From the NCBI GenBank assembly GCA_964247055.1, contig OZ176054.1, positions 1,116,001 through 1,180,000 on the forward strand: DNA of 64,000 nucleotides. Reading direction: 5' to 3'. This DNA is from Paragordius varius (taxonomy: Eukaryota > Animalia > Nematomorpha). Positions within the stretch are counted from its first letter, which is position 1, and every line of letters begins with the position of its first letter. Shown piece by piece: positions 54,524 through 64,000 of this stretch. Position numbers and translations under genes: made by a program. Under the pieces are notes generated by a model. It did no database searches. It was given only the letters and a program-made list of their open reading frames with translations, and was not told where the DNA came from.

Positions 54524-54589
54524 TCATGATATAACGCGTTGTTCTTGTGATACACAATAAATACTTTACATTGTCGTCCACAGATATTA
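54267..54589 (+). repeat. 3' LTR (323 bp) containing (TA)n
   Basis: Direct repeat of 50586-50914, preceded by the PPT and followed by the TSD CGATG. Confidence 0.93.
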
Positions 54590-54857
54590 CGATGTAATAC
54601 ATATTAGTATACATTTTATAGAGTTTTTAATACTCTTTCGAATGATATATTACAAATGGGCATTACTTGTATATTTTCAAAGAAAAACATTTTTTAGTAA
54701 AATTTTGATAAAGAGGGCGCATAATCTAAAAAATCAAATTATACAAAATTCTTCCAAAGAGTTATAATTTTTTTTCAGATTTACTGTTAAAATGATATTA
54801 AATATCAAGCAAAAAACTCGAGTGGCAGAAAAATTTGTTGTCTAGTGTAAGGAATTT

Positions 54858-56478
54858 AAAAGGCTTGTAAGATTGGTCGAAAGAGAAAAAATGGCATAAA
54901 TATATGAGGAGAAACAAAGTTTATAAAATTGCTCGACAAAGACACAGAGGAAAGCTGAATTATCGCCCTTACGCGTCCTCTATAAAAGACAAAAACGGCA
55001 AAATATTCCTTGAGGAAGGAAAAATTTAGAGGTGGAAAGAATATTTCAGGACTTTGAATTAGGCGTCAGTGAAACAAATCCCGAAACACGAGGTTATATA
55101 TCTGCTCATATAAAGTATGACAAAAGACGAAGTCCAGGTAGGTTTAAAGAGATGTCTATAAATAAAACTCCGGCAGACGATATTAACATAAACTGTTGTA
55201 AAATAATGTCAGATAAAGATATCAAATTTTTGATGGATATTTTAAAAATGTAGTTACTACAGGTATGATACCAACCGAATGGAAGAAGGGTTTCATTGTT
55301 CTTATTTTTAAAGGTAAAGGAGATATTAACGATTGCAATAATTACAGAGGGATAAGTTTGATGTGACATACAATGAAGTTATTTGAGAAGGTACTAGAGA
55401 AACGAATGAGAAAAATGATTAGTATAGAGGGTAATCAATTTGGTTTTATTCCAGGAAAATCCACCATTGATCCGATTCACGCAGTAAGAAGGCTAATCGA
55501 AAAGCATATAGTTGCATGGTATTTTAATTGTATTGAAAAGGCGTTTTTTGACAGAATACCACGGAATACAATATGGTAGTGCTTAAGGCGAAAAAATGTT
55601 CCTGAAAGTTACATAAAAATTCTAAAATGCATATACGAGTCACACCATACCAAAGAGAAAACATACCAGGAAGTGTCACATCCTATTGAAATAAGTCAAA
55701 GCGCCTATCAGGGGTCAGAAATCGGTCGGTTACTACTTATAATATGCATTGAGTGAATTTTAAAAGTGGGGCAACATGAATACTGGTATTTTTTATGCAC
55801 CTAATAGTGCTGTCAGACGAGTTGCATGAATTGCAAGGATTGGTGGGTAAATGGATTGATGTGTTACGACGATGCGGTTTAAAAGTTAATAAAAAGAAAA
55901 CGGAACTTATAAATTTCGGTGGGAAAAAACGAGAGTTGGATTTGAAGGGTGGGTATTAAAAAGTCAGGAGGAATGCAATGAGAGCGATTTTAGCAACATA
56001 TGGTTCTTTAACGCATAATATAAATCTAAGTATTTGAAATAGTTGGGCAAATTATAAAAAGTTGCCAAATGTATTGTGCAATAAAAATATTGACCTAAAA
56101 GTCATGGGTAAATTTACAGTGTTGTTGTATAGCCAACAATGATGTACAACTCACAGACATGGGCAATAAAGAAATTAGAACAGAGGCACTTTGAGGTTAC
56201 TGAAATAAGAATGCTTAGATTGATGTGCGGTGTAACGAGGATTGCCAAGGTGATAAATGTATACGTAATAGAAGGTACGGAAGTGATAATAATTACATTG
56301 GTAAAAAGATTGATGATTTTATTGTGAAAGGTAAGAGGGGAAGAGGGCGACCTAAAACGCGATGGATAGAAACATTTAATATGGACATGGCAAAACTGAA
56401 CCTAAAACACGATGACGCCATATACAGGGTTCTATGGCGAAATACGGATATCACTGCTCAAAAGAGTGATATCATCTA
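54858..56478 (+). mobile_element. RTE-2, 3' part, unit 2
   Basis: Resumes at the equivalent of about 21580; fragments NQFGFIPGKSTID and RGRGRPKTRWI. Confidence 0.8.
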
Positions 56479-59400
56479 ATGTATTATCATTATTATCCCC
56501 ATAATCGAGTATTTAAGAAGTTAGACACTATAAATTATTCCCAAAATCTAATAAAATTGGCAAAGAGCATTAAAATTATTAAAGCTATCAATAGGGTAAC
56601 CGATATCGTGTAAAAAAGATATCGCTTTTAGCGCATAAACACATTAAAATGAACAATAATATTATTAAATTATATGAACTAACCAACCATGACGATTCTT
56701 CTAAAATATCAAGCATAGCTGAGTATCAATCCTCCGACTCAAATTGAGTCTTTGGGACCCCGACTGTTTAAATATTTCTAAGAATATGGCACAAATCGAA
56801 AGCATAGGAAAAGATTGTATTAGTATAACTGCACCAAATAAAAAAAATAGAAAATACCAGATATTACTCATTTTGTAAAACTGCATAACAATTTAGCCAA
56901 TGCATGTCCATTAACGAAATCAAGTAATAAAAAAACTATTTGTTCTGTTTTGATCAATGTTTGTGAATTTAAAAAAATAGATTAAATCAAATATACACGG
57001 TATTTTACTATAATGTTCTAAAATAAAAATAGGACCAAAGTAGTTTGATATGGAACTTATTTTAAAGTTAAACTTTATATTTTGGCTTAATCATATAAAA
57101 TCAGAATAGAAGCCTAAATTAAATTAATCAGTTTTAGTTTAATATCTTAAATTTTGTCTGGTTTCTTTAGATACCCCGATTCGAATCCAAAGGTATATGG
57201 AGCTATAATTCCTACCACACCATTCTGTACATTTAGTTTTAATAATGGTCTCAATATATTAGTTCTTACTAATAACCACTGTTTGACTATATTTTTAATT
57301 TGCTTATTAATTTCCTCAGATTAGTTCTTATATAAAATAAAAAAATTTAATATTAACTTGATTTTTTTTAAATATTAATAATATAATTATTACTTGAGCT
57401 GGTTGTGGATTTCACACTTTCCTTAATACAATATTTTGTTGATATTATAGGGATATTATATTACAGTATTTGAAACAAACTATTATTTTATAGTTACATT
57501 ACTTGCGCCATGAATTCGAATATGAACAAAAGTGTTACATTTGCACCTGAGGTGTATGACAATCACAATAGCCAGATAAATTCTTTTTAAAACACATATT
57601 TATGGGCGTAGGTATAATATTTGTATATGTTTATTACAATACCAGATCAGATGTCATTCCAAAATTGAAATTAGCATTAATTGGTCAAAATTGTGTAGAT
57701 GATGGTATAGAATCAAATATTCTATTTATTTTTAAACAACGGGTTGTAAGACTAATAAAATAAGTGGCCAGTTCTATAATTATAGACAACTTTGACTATT
57801 AAGTGCCATTTTAATTTATTACATTGAAGGACATAATAGTATAAAAAAATTGGTCTAATACCCAAAATTTCTCTTGGTGTTTATCGAAATTTTTTGGCCC
57901 CAATTTAACTTTTAACTCAAAATTTTTTAGATGGTGCAAAAGATTGAATCTTCGAATGGTAGTAAGTCATTTAAATCAATGTGATGTAATGGCTCTTAAT
58001 AGTCAGAATAAACTCAAAATATTGTAAAAAACTAATTTAAAAATAATATAAATTATTTTAATATAATTGTGGTTTATGAGTAAAAAAAATAAATTAAAAA
58101 GTTTTTGGTTTAAAAAAAACTTTTTTGTTTTATATTTTTTAAATCATTGTACACAAAGTTTAAGCTATTTACATCGATTAGTTAAATATATTTATTGAGG
58201 ATCAGGCTTTCGTTTCATGGGTTTCTATGTCAAATGTTAATTATTGATGTAAATGTAAAACATATTAACATGCATTGAGTTTTCACTACTATTTTGAATG
58301 ATATATCACAAATCGAAATGGATTCTTGAACAGATAAAGAGGACGCATAAAAATTAATATATAAAGCATAATAATTGAAATAAAAATATATTTTATATGA
58401 TTTCCTAAAATTACCTTAAGTATGATTCGTGTTCGAGAAAATTTTAAAAAATTTCAAGAATGAATTTAAATTGTTAAAGGTGGTTATTCATTGTTTTGCA
58501 AGTGATTTTTAAAGCTTGACTTAGTTAACTTATTTATTCATCATTTAGAATTTTAAAACTCTTTTAAACAAAATGTCATGACGCTAATTTTACCTGAGCG
58601 GAAAAAACTTGGCGAGTTTACAGAAATTGTTTTAAATTATAGTTGACTGAAAACCATTTATAGTTCCACCCTTATTAAAAATATCATCGTAGAGCGTGTT
58701 TTCTTTGCTTGGTTTGGTGCATTAATATACGGATGTAGTCGTACATAAGCTCTTAAATTTTAATAAAATTATTTGGACATTATATAATAAAACCATTCAA
58801 TTAATGTTTCGCACGTTTATTAACAAATTTTTTGAAACGTATAACCTATTATGAAGTATGTTGGAAACGAGGTAACAGGTGAAAACTTTTTCCATAAAAT
58901 TTACGAGGTTTTTTACATCGATTTATTGATTAATTTTTTTTCTTTTTAATATATAGTTGTCATGTAAAAAAATCCTCAAATGTTCTTAGGGAAAGCTCAA
59001 ATGGATTTTATTAAAACGATTATTTAAATGCAATAAAATACAATATTTTAAATTATAATAGCATACTAATTTAGCTTATATTATAAACATGGCGACAACA
59101 ACCGTAGAATACTCCAAAATATAAAATTAAATGGACAAACTAGCTTTTAATTTCTATAAATGTTATTAATAGTTAGAATAAAGCATTTCGTTTTTTAAAC
59201 ATATGATACTTTATAATAAGGCTCAATGACTGATTACGTGAAATAAAGATAAACGATTTACAATTTTTTGATATAGTGAAAACAAAAGTGTTTTTTTACT
59301 TAAATTATTTATATGCCTCTTACCAAGAGCACTTTAAATAATGTAACGGCATATATAAATTTCATCAGAATTTTCTATTATTGAGTTTGAAATAGGGTAA

Positions 59401-60335
59401 CGAAAAATTGAAATCATTTAAATAAAAATAATAGTTGGAAATTTATATTTTATTTGGAAAATGATTTGGACATGCAATTAAAGGTAATCAACTGAATTTG
59501 CCTCTACATATTTGGCTCCTGCTCTGATAAAAGATGAATGCCATGTGAGACGGAACATTATTTTACTGTTAGTCTTCTAGCCTACCCAGGTTTTTTGAAT
59601 GATGTTAAATTAATTATTGGAAATTGCGTTGTCTGGCGTTTTATGTCGCACTCCTTCCGATGAAATCATAACTTTCAATATTCCGAATTTTTGTTTGATG
59701 TTTAATCGATAGAGCATACATAAGCTTCTAGTCCAAACATACACCTTTTCTAGTGATAGTAATGAGTGCCGCAAATGTTATTTTTTCAGACACAAAATTC
59801 AATATAATAATTGATGATCAAAGAAAAGAGGCTAGCTTTTTCGAAATCAGCCAGGTGTGTTTGTCATTGTTGTATGATAAGCAATAAGCACAGCTGGTGT
59901 TTTATAGCTAAACCAACACTAATGATTGCATATTTTAAATTTTTGATATGAGCAAAGTTTATTCATTTCTCTAACCCTTAAGGTTTTAGATTGTATCAAG
60001 ATTCGATCATAACTTTATTGTAATTGTTGTCGGTCATAATTATTATTGTGTTCCTTGATTTATTGTTTCTAATATATGAAAAAATTCAAGTTCATACATA
60101 TTTTATTTTACTTTTTTAAAGGACTACCTACATACATTATCCCAGATTGTTCATAAACCTTTTAAGTTGGTCATACACAAGTTGGTTATTATATTGTATA
60201 TCCGGATTTTATGATTATATTTTATATTAAAGTTTACCCTATAAAAATTAAACATCAAGCATTGAATAGTTAAAATAATCAAGACAGCTGTTTAATATAT
60301 TGTTTTTTTCGCATTCTTTTATCTAATATAGAGGA

Positions 60336-60460
60336 GGCGTGATGGTATAGTAGGTAGGGCGCCAGACTCTTACAGTGCGTGCTAGAGTTCAAACCCAAAC
60401 TACGAAATCATCACTGTCAGCCCTGGGCAGGCGAGTGTGGCCTTTACATGTCCGAATACA
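60336..60460 (+). mobile_element. tRNA-derived SINE remnant, unit 2
   Basis: GGCGTGATGGTATAGTAGGTAGGGCGCCAGACTCTTAC...GAGTTCAAACCC has A and B boxes and a tRNA-Lys-like D/anticodon arm, followed by non-tRNA sequence. Confidence 0.5.
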
Positions 60461-61029
60461 ATTTTTACCCTTATAATAAAAAAGGAAAAAAAGAAATTTA
60501 AACTGTATATTCTTTATCTTATAGAGCTTATCCTTTTTTTCGGATTGTGAAAGCTCAATAAGGATTTGGTTCGTAACAATGTTTGAATTTGAATAAAAAA
60601 TGGCAAAACAAAACAAATGGTATGTTGATACGAAAAAAATTCGTTTAACATGCATAACAAAAATGAAATAAATATGAGAGCCTCTCTATAATGATAATTA
60701 AATTTTGGGTTAAATTGGTGTATTTGTGAATTTTATTCTCACATTATATTATACAGCAATGATTTTTTTAGTAAACGACTATTTTTTGTTGTTTATATTT
60801 AAAAGACAACGAAATACTATGTATACTTTAGCCATTAGTTCTATAAATGCTATGTGCAAGCTAATCAAGGCCGATATTTATGCAAAATGATAATGGTCAT
60901 TTTTAGCAGTTGCTAAATTATTTGGTCAGCATTATATTTTATACGCTTCTTTTTGCTTGATTTAGTATATATAAATATAAAACATTAATTATTTAGTATA
61001 TTTTTGTAAAAATCACCATATATGTTTAC

Positions 61030-64000
61030 TTTGTTTGTTGCGACAATATAGCTGAGCCACGCCCTTGAGGCGGCCAAATCGAGAAAAGGATGCTAAAAAA
61101 ATAATTGCACCTATAAAATGAGTCTAATTGCATAAAAAGATTTCGTTTGATTATGTAAAAAATTAACATACTTTCAGAAGATCAGAGGCTGATGGACGTA
61201 GTGGAGGGTCCTCCAGGCAGACGTTAATGAATTCTGAAAAGAAAATGCTGCACTTCTTGTTGCAGAATGGTTTGCCCTGAGTCATCATCTTATGCATGAT
61301 CTAATTTTAATTTTATGTTTTATTATGCCGTAAAAACCATAGATACTATGAATTTTAATGAATGCTTATTTCACGCATAGTTGGGGAATTTGCAAAACAG
61401 TGGTGTATTGAAAAATGTTGATAAATATTTTTTCTTTTTTCCATACATTACTGAGTTGCAAATTGCCCAACTAGAGTGTGAAATAAGCAACCATTAAAAT
61501 GCATATTGTATTACAATTCAGCTATATGAAAAAAAAATTGATAAAATTACCTGGCTGGGATGGAGATGTGCATAGGGTAACTCTCCATCTACCATCTCAA
61601 TACAAACGATGCCCAGGGCCCAAATATCCGATTTCCGATCCTGTATACCCTTAAAAAGGGTCTCCTCTGCCAAGTAGCAAGGTGTGCCGACTATCTTGGC
61701 AGAGGGATGGTAGCTCAATTTTGCCAGTCCAAAATCAACTATTATAATGGATAATATTTAACAAAATTGTGTCAATTCTTCTATATGATTATTTTTGTAT
61801 TGTGGACAATAAAAAAATTTAGCTCCATTGTTAATAATAGATTGTTATGGAATCAAAGTTTAATCCATATTTTATAAAATTTAAATTTTCGATAAGCCTT
61901 TTATAATATTAGTGGTGTTCTACAAAAAATATAAGGTTTACAAAAAATATTATTTTTGAAGGGTCGCGCGCCCTATAATACTGATAAAAATTTTATGGCT
62001 GCTTGACGCATCTGCAGTTACTAATACCCAAAAAAGTATATTAAAAAATTTAATATATAGTTCAGGGTAACAAAGAAGCATTTTAAGAGCCGCATGCGGC
62101 CCAGGAGTCGTGGTTAGAGTTGTATATATTTTCAATTAATTAAATATATTACTGAGTTTGACTGTACCATTGGAATCAATCATGATATTGGTAGATTTTA
62201 TGTCTCTATGTACAATATATTTGGAATGAATATGAGATAAGGCTTCCAAGATCTATGAAAAAAGTGGCAAAAAGTTATAAGACATCCTGTTAATTTTTAG
62301 TTTAATTTACTCTTAATTCTTTATTTAATATATCCTACACTTATATATCCATAAGGTTTTACAGGTTTAAATTGATGTATATATTAAAAACCTGTTGTGG
62401 CGTAAAAATGATGTTTTAGCCTAACATAGATTAAAACAAACGTATATTACGGGGTTCAGAAATATCTTGATGAGTATATATTATGGACAAATATTTCAGG
62501 ATTTTTCTGCTATTTTTAACTTTGAGCTTTACCAATAAAAAAGCTAACGATGTTATTTCTCCATATCAAAATAGCCCAAATTTAGTGGAAGTTACGATCA
62601 TCGTTTCAGAAAATTTTTAAAAAATATCATAAACTATATTTAAAGACCGAAACAATATCTATAATATATTAAAATTTAATAGGCCTAAGTCTCACATTTT
62701 CGGACTCGGTTAAAATGGATACATGTTTGAAGATTTGGGCAAGATTACAATTTAAATCAAATTATAAATAGTTATGGGTGAAATTAAAATGCATTAACTA
62801 AAGGACCAACTGAAATGTTTAAGGACCAATTTGAAGTCCAAACGGTATCCTTCAAAGATTTTCGAAACAAAATTATTAATTTTGAAATTGTGTTCAAAAA
62901 AAACATATTGAATATTTAATAGCTAGTTTATACATTGAAAATTATTTTTGAAAAGGGTACACTTTTTATGTAAAATTATTAGAACATCAATATGTATGGG
63001 TTTAAGGTCCAATTATAGATTATCGCTTTGGTTAAAGTTTGAAAGCCAGAAGTGATAACTAAACATTTTTATGAATCCTTTGGCATTTTAAATTGTATGC
63101 GTTGAACTTATTATTTCATATATACGATTCATCTCATATAAATGATAAATCTATCTATACATAAACCCGAAACCAAAAGCGACAATCCTGATACATATTT
63201 TTACAAGATTGTTAGATTTAAGCAGTATATTTTTTGTACTGTATCATACAATCACACCAATATTAAGTGCATGCATCGATAAACTTTATATTTTGAAACA
63301 CTAAAATAATAAATCATCCGAAATACGCTTAATTAAAATGATCGTGTGAAAGATAAATACTCAAAATCAGCATTTTATGTAACAAAATATAAAATTAACC
63401 TGATGACAGATTAAGGCTAGTAAAGGTTCGCAAAGCTTTTGACGAGCCAAATCACACAAAGTAACCCCATCAATGTTCTCCATGACGATCTGTGCATAAT
63501 GAAAAAAGCACTAATAGAGAGAGAAATGACACATATTGTAAATATTAATTCATGCAATTAGATAACTCCTTTACCCATAAACTGTGTCTATAAAAGCTGG
63601 AGCCAAGATATTTGACAATGTTGGGATGTTTAAGGTTCATCAATAAAAATATTTCACTGACCGCTTCGTAATTAAGCTGTTTCTTCTTGAGTTTTATCTT
63701 TTTTAATGCTACGTCATACTCTTTACGATATTTGGCAAGGAACACAGTACCAAAGCCCCTAAAAAGTATAAAATCATTAAGTAAATAAACTACAATTTTA
63801 AAAATATTTTAAAAATAATTAAAAATTACCCTTTTCCAAGTTTTTTGCAAACATTATATTCGGGCGGGAAGTGTTTGATAATCTTTATTGTGCATTAAAA
63901 TAAATGTAAAAATGTTGATAGTAATAATATTTTTCAATAATTGTGTTTATGAAAAGAAAAATTTTAAGAGATACTCACCTCTTTCGGAGGTTCAACTGCA
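61030..64000 (-). CDS. Kinase copy C: apparently intact kinase domain; 5' exons lie beyond the window
   Basis: Exons >64000-63979, 63882-63830 (..KLGKG), 63758-63575 (GFGTVF..VALKKIK..SEIF), 63489-63400, 62252-62153 (HRDIKSTN), 61738-61551 ([14 protein letters not shown]), 61300-61172 and 61092-61030 (HPFL). All GT-AG and in frame; the last exon boundary is uncertain. Confidence 0.88.

Larger units (their letters stand above)
50586..54589 (+). mobile_element. Ty3/Gypsy LTR retrotransposon (Mag-like), internally deleted and frameshifted
   Basis: LTRs at 50586-50914 and 54267-54589; 5-bp TSD CGATG; polypurine tract AGGGGGGGGGAG before the 3' LTR. Domain order: two Zn-knuckle-like motifs, protease (YDTGSD), RT (IDLKDAY, YLDDVL), RNase H (YSTIEKEL), integrase (HSGH..CESC, WERLHIDIAGP). 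Confidence 0.95.
49722..54847. mobile_element. Non-autonomous DNA element with CACTAGACAACAAATTT TIRs, host of the Gypsy insertion
   Basis: A 17-bp inverted repeat at 49722 and ending at 54847. CAC termini suggest the CMC/Transib group, but no TSD was found. Confidence 0.62.
33470..63700. repeat. Segmental duplication unit 2 (about 30 kb)
   Basis: Same gene and element order as unit 1. Lacks the hAT and the 25188-28269 insertions and contains the 49416-54857 insertion. Confidence 0.92.

Noticed and set aside
60336-60410. Functional tRNA gene
   Set aside because: No complete cloverleaf or acceptor stem; the paralog at 30194 has an internal deletion; it fits a SINE head better.

Overview
AT-rich eukaryotic (probably animal) genomic DNA with spliceosomal introns; there are no prokaryotic features. 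The window is a roughly 30-kb tandem segmental duplication. It carries three minus-strand copies of a 13-exon, divergent STE20/PAK-like Ser/Thr kinase gene: A (4320 to <1), B (35511 to about 30858) and C (>64000 to about 61030). Exons were reconstructed by hand from GT-AG sites and phases. B is an A/C recombinant that has lost a splice donor, A has a Gly-loop G-to-R change, and C looks intact within the window. Each interval between genes holds a headless Arf6 fragment, a full-span degenerate RTE LINE, a pseudogenised 5' fragment of the kinase gene, a head-to-head plus-strand mini-copy in which exon 4 is fused in frame to exon 11, and a second RTE. Copy-specific insertions are a hAT element (8-bp TSD, empty site in the other unit), a foldback element nested in a TIR element, and a Mag-like Gypsy LTR element (5-bp TSD) nested in a CACTAG-ended element. 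The most unusual signals are two tandem hairpins in coding exon 1 that show compensatory changes across paralogs, and introns that are more conserved than the exons they flank. All alignments and identity statements were made by eye.
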